Source: Dehalococcoidia bacterium (lineage in GTDB: Bacteria; Chloroflexota; Dehalococcoidia; Lucifugimonadales; UBA2985). From it: DNA of 64,000 nt. A program made the translations under genes and the position numbers. Positions 36,996 through 45,951 of this stretch are shown piece by piece (the stretch's first letter is position 1; the number at the start of each line of letters is the position of its first letter). The DNA is taken from NCBI GenBank assembly GCA_034422115.1, contig DAOUJW010000015.1, positions 27,771-91,770 of the forward strand, read 5' to 3'. Below the pieces are notes generated by a model. The model did not search any database. It was given only the letters and a program-made list of their open reading frames with translations, and had not been told where the DNA came from.

Positions 36996-38186
36996 ATGCA
37001 GAAGAAGAGCGTGCGGGACATAGAGGTTGGCGGGAAGCGAGTCCTGATGAGGGCTGACTTCAACGTGACGGTGGAGGACGGCCGCATTACGGACGACAGC
37101 CGCATCCGAGCCGCAGTTCCCACCATCCGCTACCTCCAGGAGCAGGGGGCCAGGGTTGTCCTGTGCTCCCACCTGGGCCGTCCCGGCGGCAAGGTGGTGG
37201 AGGATATGCGACTGACGCCCGTCCTGCATCGGCTGTCTGAGCTGCTGGAGACCGGGGTGCGCTCCGCCGACGACTGCGTTGGTCCCGACGTGGAGGCCGC
37301 CGTGAACAGCCTCGCGCCCGGCGACGTGCTCCTGCTGGAGAACCTCCGCTTCCACGAGGAGGAGGAGAAGAACGACCCGGAGTTCGCAAAGGCGCTGGCT
37401 TCACTGGCGGACGTGTTCGTGAGCGACGGATTCGGCGTAGCGCACAGGGCCCACGCCTCAACGGAGGGCGTGACCCGGTACCTGCCATCGGTGGCGGGCT
37501 TCCTGATGGAGCGGGAGATTGACGTGCTTGGCTCGCTGTTGGAGTCTCCGCAGGAGCCGCTGGTGGTGGTGCTGGGCGGGGCCAAGGTGACGGACAAGAT
37601 AGGCGTGATAGAGAACTTCCTGGACAAGGTGAACGCGCTGCTCATCGGCGGCGGGATGGCCGCCACCTTCCTCAAGGCCAGAGGCCTGGACGTGGGCGGC
37701 TCGCAGGTCGAGGAGGACCGGCTGGACTTCGTGCGGGAGGTCTTTGGGCGCGCCCGGGAGAAGGGCGTTGAGTTCATCATCCCTGCCGACGTGGTGGTCG
37801 CCGACTCCTTCAGCGCAGACGCCGCCGTCCGCACCGTGGACGTAGAGCACGTCCCGGACGGCTGGCTCATCCTGGACATCGGCCACAAGACCCTGGACGC
37901 ATTCAAACGGGAGGTTGCCCGCGGCAGGACGGTACTCTGGAACGGCCCGATGGGCGTCTTCGAGTTCCCGGCCTTCGCCACCGGCACCCGGGAGCTGGCC
38001 GCGGCCCTGGCAAGCCTGGACGACGCCGTGACCGTTGTGGGCGGCGGCTCCACCGCAGAGGCCGTGGACACCCTTGGGCTGTCCGAAAGACTCACCCACG
38101 TATCTACAGGCGGGGGCGCCTCCCTGGAGTTCCTTGAGGGACGGACGCTGCCGGGGGTTGCCGCCCTGCTGGACAAGGAGGCCTGA
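36996..38186 (+). CDS. pgk: Phosphoglycerate kinase
   Basis: VLMRADFNV, LCSHLGRP, STGGGASLEFLEG. Confidence 0.92.
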   Translation: MQKKSVRDIEVGGKRVLMRADFNVTVEDGRITDDSRIRAAVPTIRYLQEQGARVVLCSHLGRPGGKVVEDMRLTPVLHRLSELLETGVRSADDCVGPDVEAAVNSLAPGDVLLLENLRFHEEEEKNDPEFAKALASLADVFVSDGFGVAHRAHASTEGVTRYLPSVAGFLMEREIDVLGSLLESPQEPLVVVLGGAKVTDKIGVIENFLDKVNALLIGGGMAATFLKARGLDVGGSQVEEDRLDFVREVFGRAREKGVEFIIPADVVVADSFSADAAVRTVDVEHVPDGWLILDIGHKTLDAFKREVARGRTVLWNGPMGVFEFPAFATGTRELAAALASLDDAVTVVGGGSTAEAVDTLGLSERLTHVSTGGGASLEFLEGRTLPGVAALLDKEA

Positions 38187-38190
38187 CGCC

Positions 38191-39396
38191 ATGATTGATT
38201 TCCCCCACATCAGCGAGATATGCACGCCCACGGACTCCAAGGTGCTCATGCTGGTCATCGACGGCCTTGGCGGAGCGGCTCATCCCGAAACTGGCAAGTC
38301 GGAGCTTGAGGCGGCAAGGACCCCGAACCTGGACCGGCTGGCCTCGCAGAGCGCCTGCGGCCTCACGACTCCGGTGCTGCCGGGCATAACCCCGGGCAGC
38401 GGGCCCGGGCACCTTTCGCTCTTCGGCTACGACCCGGTGAAATACCTGATTGGCCGGGGCGTGCTGGAGGCGCTGGGCATCGACATAGACATGCAGGAGG
38501 GCGACGTGGCCGCCCGCGGCAACTTCTGCACCCTGGACAGGGACGGCAAGCTGCTGGACAGACGGGCGGGGCGCATAAGCTCGGAGGAGAGCGCTCCCCT
38601 CTGCGAGCAGATGGACCAGATAGAGGTGCCGGGCCTGGAGGCCAGGATCTTTCCGGTGAAGGACTATCGCTTCGTGGCCCTCTTCCGCGGCCAGGGCCTG
38701 AGCGAGAACGTCACGGAGACCGACCCCCAGGTGACCGGCGTGCCGCCCAGAAGGGTCGAGGCGCTGGATCCGGGCGCAGAGAAGACCGCGGTCGCCGCCA
38801 ACGCCCTCATCGAAGGCGCAAGGGAGATACTGGCGGACAGGGACCGGGCCAACATGGTCATGCTGCGGGGCTTTTCGCAGCTGCCAAGCCTGCCCGGCTT
38901 CGGTGAGACCTACCGGCTCAACCCGGCCGCCATCGCCGCCTACCCCATGTACAGGGGTCTGGCCCAGGTCTGCGGCATGGAGGTAATTCCCACAGGTATG
39001 ACGTTCCGGGACGAGGTGGACACGCTGCGCAGCAGCTTCCAGGACCACGATTTCTTCTACCTGCACTACAAGCACGCCGACGCCGCCGGCGAGGACGGCG
39101 ACTTCGACGCCAAGGTCCACACTCTGGAGGAGGTGGACGAGTTCATACCGGCGCTGCTTGACCTGAACCCGGACGCGCTCATAGTGGCCGGCGACCACGC
39201 TACTCCGTCCATTCTCGCCGCCCACGGCTGGCATCCTGTGCCGCTGCTCATTCACTCCAACCTGACCCTGGGCGAAGGCATAGCAGCCTTTGACGAGCGG
39301 AACTGCGCCCTGGGCTCCATTGGCCGTATACCCGCGACGCAGGTCATGCTCCTGGCCCTGGCCCACGCCGGCAAGCTGGTCAAGTTCGGGCCATAG
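38191..39396 (+). CDS. apgM: Cofactor-independent phosphoglycerate mutase, archaeal (ApgM) type
   Basis: KVLMLVIDGLGG, TPNLDRLA, IVAGDHATPS. ATG 38191 is 4 nt after the pgk stop; the track start 38035 overlaps pgk. Confidence 0.75.
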   Translation: MIDFPHISEICTPTDSKVLMLVIDGLGGAAHPETGKSELEAARTPNLDRLASQSACGLTTPVLPGITPGSGPGHLSLFGYDPVKYLIGRGVLEALGIDIDMQEGDVAARGNFCTLDRDGKLLDRRAGRISSEESAPLCEQMDQIEVPGLEARIFPVKDYRFVALFRGQGLSENVTETDPQVTGVPPRRVEALDPGAEKTAVAANALIEGAREILADRDRANMVMLRGFSQLPSLPGFGETYRLNPAAIAAYPMYRGLAQVCGMEVIPTGMTFRDEVDTLRSSFQDHDFFYLHYKHADAAGEDGDFDAKVHTLEEVDEFIPALLDLNPDALIVAGDHATPSILAAHGWHPVPLLIHSNLTLGEGIAAFDERNCALGSIGRIPATQVMLLALAHAGKLVKFGP

Positions 39397-39485
39397 GGGC
39401 TTTGCTCGTCGGGAGTGCCGTCTCTTCCTACCTATGAAAGAGAGACCTTTGCGCAAGCCGATATCTCTCCTAAGAAGACGCCCCA

Positions 39486-39576
39486 CCGTCATTCCTGCGG
39501 AAGCAGGAATCCATCCCTGGACGGAGGGGAGGGTGCCCCGGCCCCGCCTAGATTCCCGTTTTCACGGGAATGACGG
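39486..39576. repeat. Family B palindromic repeat
   Basis: CCGTCATTCCTGCGGAAGCAGGAATCC...CTAGATTCCCGTTTTCACGGGAATGACGG. Confidence 0.9.
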
Positions 39577-39655
39577 GAAGGGTAGAGGTTTAACACTTTT
39601 CAGGCGTCGCTAGAACCTAAACAAAACTGAAAAACAGACTTGAGGAGGTCCCCCA

Positions 39656-40408
39656 ATGCCCACGACCATAGTAGCCGGAAACTGGAAGATGAACACCGTA
39701 GTGCCGGAGGCCATTGTCCTCGCGGCCCAGATGCGGGACGCCCTTGACGCCGTGAGCGGCGTGGAGAAGGTGGTATGCCCGCCATTTGTCTCTCTGATGG
39801 CGGTTCAGGGCCTCCTGGACGGCACGTCCATCAAGATGGGGGCCCAGAACATGCACCACGCCGAGAAGGGCGCATTCACCGGCGAGGTGTCGCCGGTAAT
39901 GCTGACCGGACTGTGCCAGTACGTCATCCTGGGCCACTCGGAGCGCCGCCAGCTTTTTGGGGAGACGGACGAAACGGTTAACCAAAAGGTGCATGCGGCT
40001 ATTGAGGCGGGCCTCAGGCCCATTCTATGTGTCGGAGAGCGCCTGGATGAGCGGGAGGCTGGCAAGGCCGAGGAGGTAGTTACGCAGCAGCTGCGCGGAG
40101 GGCTGGAGGGCGTCTCGTCCGTTGCCACCGTAGCAGTGGCCTACGAGCCGGTGTGGGCCATAGGCACGGGGGTGGCCGCGACCGGCGAGATCGCGGAGGC
40201 GATGATGGCCGCAATACGCCAGGCCCTTGCGGGCCTGTACGGCGAGGGCGCGGCGGGTGACGTGCCGCTCCTGTACGGAGGCAGCGTCACGCCGGACAAC
40301 GTCGCCGAGTACGCAAGTCAGCCCAACGTCAACGGGGCGCTTGTGGGCGGCGCGAGCCTCAACGCAGAGAGCTTTGTCCAGATAGCGCGGGGGATGGCGG
40401 CAGGGTAG
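39656..40408 (+). CDS. tpiA: Triosephosphate isomerase
   Basis: VAGNWKMN, ILGHSERR, AYEPVWAIGTG, YGGSV. Confidence 0.92.
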   Translation: MPTTIVAGNWKMNTVVPEAIVLAAQMRDALDAVSGVEKVVCPPFVSLMAVQGLLDGTSIKMGAQNMHHAEKGAFTGEVSPVMLTGLCQYVILGHSERRQLFGETDETVNQKVHAAIEAGLRPILCVGERLDEREAGKAEEVVTQQLRGGLEGVSSVATVAVAYEPVWAIGTGVAATGEIAEAMMAAIRQALAGLYGEGAAGDVPLLYGGSVTPDNVAEYASQPNVNGALVGGASLNAESFVQIARGMAAG

Positions 40409-40418
40409 GGGGTGACCG

Positions 40419-40703
40419 ATGCCCGTCAGCCGCGAGGAGTTTCGTGCAGAACGAATTGATCTTGTAGCGCGCATTCGCGATATTCTGGAGAGCTTCCCAG
40501 ACCACGGCTTAAACGCAGAAGATGTCAGGGATGCGCTGGCGCATACGGGAGTGAGATACGCTTCAAGTCAGGAAGTGGTCGACGCCTTGGAACAACTGGT
40601 GTCTGAAGGCAGCGCTGAGGCCAGAGACTTCGCGGGTAGCAGATGGTATGCTATAATCGAAACCGAGCCACCAAGAAGGCTTGGATTTAGGGCGGGAGGT
40701 TAG
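40419..40703 (+). CDS. Small hypothetical protein, wHTH-like (paralogue 1)
   Basis: 94 aa, begins MPVSREEF, ...SQEVVDALEQLVSEGSAEARDFAGSRWYAI; aligns with the next ORF. Confidence 0.5.
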   Translation: MPVSREEFRAERIDLVARIRDILESFPDHGLNAEDVRDALAHTGVRYASSQEVVDALEQLVSEGSAEARDFAGSRWYAIIETEPPRRLGFRAGG

Positions 40704-40708
40704 GGAAG

Positions 40709-40990
40709 ATGCCGGTAACAAGACGCCAGTTTGAGCTTGAAATCTACGACGAGATGGAGAGCCTCAAGCATATGATATATCTTGTCCTATCCTTACAGAA
40801 GCATCTTGCCTACAGCGAGGCGGAGTTGCTTGAGATTTGTAAGGGCAACGATGGTAGCCGCAAAGACCAGGTTCTGCAAGCGTTGAAGGCATTGGCAAAC
40901 ACAGAGGCAGTTGAAGTCAGAGAGCTTGGAGGCGAGGACTACTACGTCTTCAACCGTGAAGTGGACCCGGACACTTGGGAACCCAGATAG
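40709..40990 (+). CDS. Small hypothetical protein, wHTH-like (paralogue 2)
   Basis: 93 aa, begins MPVTRRQF, ...KDQVLQALKALANTEAVEVRELGGEDYYVF; about 40% G+C on a spot-counted line. Confidence 0.5.
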   Translation: MPVTRRQFELEIYDEMESLKHMIYLVLSLQKHLAYSEAELLEICKGNDGSRKDQVLQALKALANTEAVEVRELGGEDYYVFNREVDPDTWEPR

Positions 40991-41059
40991 CTCCCTAACT
41001 TCATTAGCCTCTCAAATCATCCAACCTATTATTGCAGTTCACCTGCCAACCTGGGACTC

Positions 41060-42016
41060 TTGAATCCTACTCCGCGCATTCCCCTCATCGCCATTGTTGG
41101 GCCTACGGCCGCGGGCAAGAGCGGCCTGGCTCTTCAACTGGCGCAGCGCTTCGGCGGGGAGGTAGTCAACTGCGACAGCCGGCTGGTGTACCGGCACATG
41201 AACGTCGGTACAGGTAAGCCGTCGCCGGAGGAGTTGAGCCAAGTCCCTCACCACCTGGTAAACATCGCCAACCCCGACGATACCTACAGCCTTGCGCTGT
41301 ACCTTGACCAGGCGAGCCGGGCCGTTCAGGACATCCACAGCCGCGGAAGGCTGCCATTTCTTGTGGGAGGGACAGGGCAGTACGTGTGGGCGCTGCTGGA
41401 AGGGTTCTCAGCCCCGCAGGTGGCCCCGAACCCCAGGCTGAGGGCCGAGCTGGAGGGCCAGGCCGAGGCAGAGGGCAGCGAGGCTCTGTGGGGACGGCTC
41501 CAGGAGGTAGACCAAGAGTCAGCGGCCCGCATAGACCACCGGAACGTGCGTCGGGTGGTGCGCGCCCTGGAGGTGTATCTGGAGACGGGCGTTCCCTTCT
41601 CCCAGGCCCGGAGGCGGGATAAGCCGCCGTACAACAGCCTGATCCTTGGCCTGACGCTGGAGCGTAAGGCTCTGTACGACCGCATAGACCGTCGCGTGGA
41701 GACGATGGTGAAGCGCGGATGGCCGCAGGAGGTGGCGCGGCTCCTGGAGATGGGATACACCCCGGGGCTGCCTTCCATGTCCAGCCTGGGGTATCGGGAG
41801 ATGGCGGCGTACCTGAGCAGAGAGTTGTCACTGGAGGAGGCAGTGGAGCGCATCAAGACTGCCACTCACCGGTACGCCAGGAGCCAGTACGCCTGGTTCC
41901 GGCTGAAGGACCCGCGCATCCGCTGGCTGGATGCCGACGACGAGGGGCTTGTGGAGCAAGCGGCCCGTCAGGTTCAGGATTTCCTCAAGAATGGTCCGAA
42001 CAAGTCAGAAACATGA
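41060..42016 (+). CDS. miaA: tRNA dimethylallyltransferase
   Basis: IVGPTAAGKSGLALQLA, VNCDSRLVYRHMNVGTGKP, GGTGQY; TTG start. Confidence 0.9.
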   Translation: MNPTPRIPLIAIVGPTAAGKSGLALQLAQRFGGEVVNCDSRLVYRHMNVGTGKPSPEELSQVPHHLVNIANPDDTYSLALYLDQASRAVQDIHSRGRLPFLVGGTGQYVWALLEGFSAPQVAPNPRLRAELEGQAEAEGSEALWGRLQEVDQESAARIDHRNVRRVVRALEVYLETGVPFSQARRRDKPPYNSLILGLTLERKALYDRIDRRVETMVKRGWPQEVARLLEMGYTPGLPSMSSLGYREMAAYLSRELSLEEAVERIKTATHRYARSQYAWFRLKDPRIRWLDADDEGLVEQAARQVQDFLKNGPNKSET

Positions 42017-42120
42017 CCATCCCGCCTAACGACACCTTCACCACCATTCCTGCGTAGGCAGGAATCCAGGGGCGGCGGGGTGTGGACTCCCGCCTTCGCG
42101 GGAGTGGATTGGACTTGTTC
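41998..42120. mobile_element. Family E 124-bp TIR element, copy 1 (MITE-like)
   Basis: TIRs GAACAAGTC / GACTTGTTC. Roughly 90% identical by hand alignment to 55715-55838. The left end overlaps the last codons and stop of miaA. Confidence 0.75.
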
Positions 42121-42172
42121 AGACCATTCTTAAATCGCAGGTGTAATGAGTGCGTTGCATAGAGCAAAAGAA

Positions 42173-42197
42173 AGCCCCGCTCACTTGGAGCGGGGCT
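42173..42197. terminator. Bidirectional intrinsic terminator between miaA and the convergent hydrolase gene
   Basis: AGCCCCGCTC-ACTTG-GAGCGGGGCT with T-rich runs on both strands. Confidence 0.65.
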
Positions 42198-42231
42198 TCT
42201 TCTTACTATGCTATGCCGGATACCGCGCTGA

Positions 42232-42885
42232 TTACGCCGTGGCAACCTGCGGAGCGCCGCGGCGGGCGTCCTGCTTGGCCAGGTAGCCCAGGACCACGCT
42301 CTTGAAGACGTCCGGGGCCTCGCGGCTGACGCTGTGGCCTATGCCGTAGAGGATAACCAGTTCGGAGTTGGGAAGCTCCTCTGCGGCCTTCTGCGCGTTG
42401 GCGGGCACAAATGTGGGCCCTTCATCGTTGGCGCCGTTGAGGATGAGCACAGGGGTCGTGACATAGCCCACCTGCCCCTGGCGGTTGGGGAAGTGCGCCA
42501 CGAGCCTCTCCGTAGGCTCAAAGCCCGCGGTTGTGCCGGCTATGCACATGGCCGCCTCCACCATATCCGGGTGGGCCAGGGTGAACTCTAGGCTCAGCAA
42601 CGCGCCCAGGGAGCTTCCACCCACGTAGGCGCGGTCGATTCCCAGGTGGCCCAGCAGCTGTCGCAGGTCTTCCACCCAGCAGTCGTAGGTGTCCTCATCC
42701 GACGCGCTGGACTCCCCGCAGTTGCGCCTGTCCCAGACAATCAAGCGATAGCGCGCCGAAAGGGCTGCCACGTGGTCGTCCCAGACGGACATGTCCGAGT
42801 AGCCGCCGTGGTTGAGCACCAGTGGAAAGCCGGAGCCGTGCTCCCTGTAGTTGATCCGAACGCCGTTGACATCTGCAAAAGGCAT
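42232..42885 (-). CDS. Alpha/beta hydrolase fold protein
   Basis: VNGVRINYREHGSGFPLVLNHG, nucleophile elbow VGGSSLGA. Confidence 0.8.
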   Translation of the reverse strand: MPFADVNGVRINYREHGSGFPLVLNHGGYSDMSVWDDHVAALSARYRLIVWDRRNCGESSASDEDTYDCWVEDLRQLLGHLGIDRAYVGGSSLGALLSLEFTLAHPDMVEAAMCIAGTTAGFEPTERLVAHFPNRQGQVGYVTTPVLILNGANDEGPTFVPANAQKAAEELPNSELVILYGIGHSVSREAPDVFKSVVLGYLAKQDARRGAPQVATA

Positions 42886-42922
42886 ATCAGTCCTCCTTTT
42901 CCTTCTTCAATACAGTCGCCCA

Positions 42923-45457
42923 CTACTTGATGTGAGGGGCATAGTCCATTCCAATCTGGCCCAGCGCCTTCAGATGGTCGTACTCCGCCTCCGTGAGCTT
43001 CAGCACGTCCCGATAGATGTAGTCGTTGTCCTCGCCAAGCCTGACGGGCGGCTTCCTGACCAGGAATGGCGTCCTGGACATCTGGAAGGTGGTGCTTGGA
43101 TACTGGTGAACGCCTATCTCTGGATGGTCGATTGGCACGAAGAAGTTCCGCTCCTTCAGGTGGGGGTCGGCGTAGGCGTGGGGCTCGTGGTATATCGGCC
43201 CGGCGACTACGCCCTCTTTCTGGAGCAGGTGGAACAGCTCTATGGGGTCCTTGTCCGCCGTCCAGACGCCGATGATCTGGTCTACCTCGTCGTGGTTGGC
43301 GCGGAGGCCGTTCATATCCTCGAAACGCTCGTCCTCCACAAGCTCCTGCCTCTCCATGAGCCGGCAAAGAGTGTGCCAGTCCTCTATCTTCCCGATGGAC
43401 AGGGTCATCCACTCGTCGTCTCCTGCGCAGGGGTAAGCGCCCTGCACCAGCAGGGGGTCGCGGTTGCCGGTGGGGCCGGCCACGCGCCCGTTGAGCTCGT
43501 AGTCCATGAACAGCTCCGCCAGATGAGGCACAAAGTTCTCTCCCTGAGAGAGGTCGACGTGGGTGCCCCTGCCGGTCCTCTCCCGCTGGTGAAGGGCCAT
43601 TACCGTGGCGAAGCCGATGCCAACGCCCGTGGCGGCGTCGGCGGCAACCGACGCAGGCGCGCCCTCCGGGTCCATGTCCGGGTAGCCGGTCACCGATGCG
43701 TGGCCGTAGAGGGCCTCGAAGTGGGAGCCGTAGCCCCGGAAGTGCGCCCACGGCCCCGTCTGGCCCATGCCTATGGAGGAGACCATGATGAGACGAGGGT
43801 TCCACTCCTTGAGCACAGGGTAGTCCAGTCCCAGGCGCTCCATGGCCCCCAGGGCGATGTTCTCAACAAAGACGTCGCTGACCTCCACCAGTCTGCGGAA
43901 CACGTCCCGGCCCTCCGGGGTGTGCAGGTCCGCCGTCATGGACAACTTGTTGCGTGCATGGGCGTTGAACTGCGCAGCCCTGTTCCACGGCCGCTCGCCC
44001 GGGTCGCGGTTGGGGTACCGGGACTGGGCCGCCCTCTGCTCGGCCTCTTTGCTGGGTCGTGCGAACTGGCCTCGCGTCGAGGTAGGGAAGACGTTAATGG
44101 ACTCAACGCGAATCACTTCCGCGCCCATGTCCGCCAGGAACATGGCGCCGTACGGCCCCGCAAAGACCAGGGTCATATCGATGACGCGGATGCCTTCGAG
44201 GGGCAGCTTCTTGCTGCCGTTGGAGGAAGTTCTGGCAGGCGCGGCCGTGGCAGGGGAGGCGCTCCTGGGAACAGCGGCCTCCTTCTTGACCTCCTCAGTG
44301 TGCTGGCCCAGCGTGGGTACCGGGCGGCGAACGCGCCACCATCGCTCCTTGGTGTAGATGGGAGCGCCGGTGTACCTGACCTTTCCAACCTCTGGATGGT
44401 CTATCTCCGTCCAGTACTCCCTGAACTGGAACTGCGGGTTGTTGTCCATCACGTCATTGATGGAGTAGACCGCGCCGGAGAGGATTTCGTTCTCCTGGCA
44501 CTCCTCCAGCACCTCCAGCATTGTCCTCTGCAGGACCCAGGGCAGCCAGATTTCGGCCTCAAACTCTTCCCTGCGGTCCAGGTCCAGCTGACCCAGAGGA
44601 GGCGAGAAGGGGGAGTCCTCCAGCAGCTCAGGCATGCCGAGCATAGCCACAGTCCGAGGCCAGAACGGGCCGCCTCCCTGAATGTTTATGTAGCCGTCCG
44701 CGCAGGGATAGAACCCGGAGGGGAAGCCCATCCTGGCTCCACCCAGGCGCGTTACGCGCTCGCCCGTGTACTGGTAGGCAAGGAGAGAGGGCATACGGGT
44801 GTTATAGGAGGCCAGCTGGGTCTCGAATATGGACACGTCCACCTGCTGCCCGGACATCCCGGCGTACCGCTGGCCGTACCATGCGAAGAGGGTGGCCATG
44901 GCCGCCACGTTGCCGGCCTGAAACTGGACGTGATTGCCGCCCAGCTTGAGGGGGTATCTATCGGGTAGGCCGGATGCGTTCATTCGTCCGCCCATGGCAA
45001 AAAGCGTGATCTCCGACGCCAGATAGTCCCGGTAGGGGCCGTACTGCCCGTAGTTGGAGACGGAGGTCATTATGAGGTTGGGGTTGATGCTCTCAAGGGT
45101 CTTGTAGTCCAGGCCCAGCCTGTCCATCACCCCCGGCCGGAAGTTCTCCACAAGGACGTCGGCTCCCGCTATCATCTCCTTGAGAGTCGCCAGACCCTCA
45201 GGCGTCTTGAGGTCAAGCACAATGCTCCGCTTGTTGACGTTCAACGCCAGGAACATGCCGCTCTTCTCGGGATGGGGAACGTCGCCGGGGAAGGGCCCCA
45301 TGCTGCGGGCGTAGTCGCCGGACCCGGGGCGTTCCACCTTAATCACGTCGGCGCCGTAGTCGGCCAGCATCTTGGTGCAGTATGGCCCGGCTACGCCGTG
45401 AGTCAGATCTATGACACGAAGGTCGGATAGAGGTTGTGGCTCCAATTGCTCTTCCAC
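42923..45457 (-). CDS. Tandem-fused family III (CaiB/BaiF) CoA-transferase
   Basis: Two complete modules: LSDLRVIDLTHGVAGPYCTKMLADYGADVIKVERP (N-terminal) and LEGIRVIDMTLVFAGPYGAMFLADMGAEVIRVES (from about residue 425). Confidence 0.85.
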   Translation of the reverse strand: MEEQLEPQPLSDLRVIDLTHGVAGPYCTKMLADYGADVIKVERPGSGDYARSMGPFPGDVPHPEKSGMFLALNVNKRSIVLDLKTPEGLATLKEMIAGADVLVENFRPGVMDRLGLDYKTLESINPNLIMTSVSNYGQYGPYRDYLASEITLFAMGGRMNASGLPDRYPLKLGGNHVQFQAGNVAAMATLFAWYGQRYAGMSGQQVDVSIFETQLASYNTRMPSLLAYQYTGERVTRLGGARMGFPSGFYPCADGYINIQGGGPFWPRTVAMLGMPELLEDSPFSPPLGQLDLDRREEFEAEIWLPWVLQRTMLEVLEECQENEILSGAVYSINDVMDNNPQFQFREYWTEIDHPEVGKVRYTGAPIYTKERWWRVRRPVPTLGQHTEEVKKEAAVPRSASPATAAPARTSSNGSKKLPLEGIRVIDMTLVFAGPYGAMFLADMGAEVIRVESINVFPTSTRGQFARPSKEAEQRAAQSRYPNRDPGERPWNRAAQFNAHARNKLSMTADLHTPEGRDVFRRLVEVSDVFVENIALGAMERLGLDYPVLKEWNPRLIMVSSIGMGQTGPWAHFRGYGSHFEALYGHASVTGYPDMDPEGAPASVAADAATGVGIGFATVMALHQRERTGRGTHVDLSQGENFVPHLAELFMDYELNGRVAGPTGNRDPLLVQGAYPCAGDDEWMTLSIGKIEDWHTLCRLMERQELVEDERFEDMNGLRANHDEVDQIIGVWTADKDPIELFHLLQKEGVVAGPIYHEPHAYADPHLKERNFFVPIDHPEIGVHQYPSTTFQMSRTPFLVRKPPVRLGEDNDYIYRDVLKLTEAEYDHLKALGQIGMDYAPHIK

Positions 45458-45659
45458 GCGTTACCTCCTTGCGAAGACTCTCAACCCATAGGCTGCTGTT
45501 AGCAACATAGCATAGCACTTTGAGGCGCAATTGTCTGTCCCGCAGCGCGTGTGATTTCCTAGAGAAGCCGACCCATGCCTTGAGGCTTGACACCGTTGCT
45601 ATACAAAGCAAAATATTATGGAGTAGAAAGGCTTGTTATTTGTTACGTAATGCATTATA

Positions 45660-45938
45660 ATGATTAGAGGATTCAAGGACAGGGATACACAAAGGTTCTT
45701 TGAGGGGCATGACGTCAGAGAGTTTCGCGGCTTTGAAGCTCAGGCAACGCGGCGGCTGACGGTGCTGGACAACGCGTCATCGCTGAGAGACTTGGCCGGT
45801 CTGCCAAGCAACAGGCTGGAACTGCTCTCCGGTGGCAGGGCAGGCCAGCACAGCATACGGATCAACCGCCAGTGGCGCGTGTGCTTCCGCTGGGGAGAAG
45901 ACGGGCCGTATGACGTGGAGATAGTGGACTACCACTGA
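45660..45938 (+). CDS. higB: HigB-type toxin (RelE/ParE superfamily, plasmid maintenance system killer)
   Basis: MIRGFKDRDTQRFFEG..., LLSGGRAGQHSIRINRQWRVCFRW...VEIVDYH. Confidence 0.85.
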   Translation: MIRGFKDRDTQRFFEGHDVREFRGFEAQATRRLTVLDNASSLRDLAGLPSNRLELLSGGRAGQHSIRINRQWRVCFRWGEDGPYDVEIVDYH

Positions 45939-45951
45939 TGAGGAGTCTGAG

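Noticed and set aside
38035-38190. Upstream extension of apgM overlapping pgk by 150 nt
   Set aside because: The extension is an alternative frame of the pgk 3' end (Pro/Arg-rich). ATG 38191 gives the conserved N-terminus.
42851-44968. 705-aa plus-strand ORF (also 42741-43805 minus)
   Set aside because: Antisense or alternative frame of the fused CoA-transferase, whose frame carries two clear family III signatures.
45656-45661. TATAAT hexamer as the higB promoter -10
   Set aside because: It overlaps the ATG itself, so transcription from it would start inside the coding sequence. It more likely belongs to a palindromic operator.
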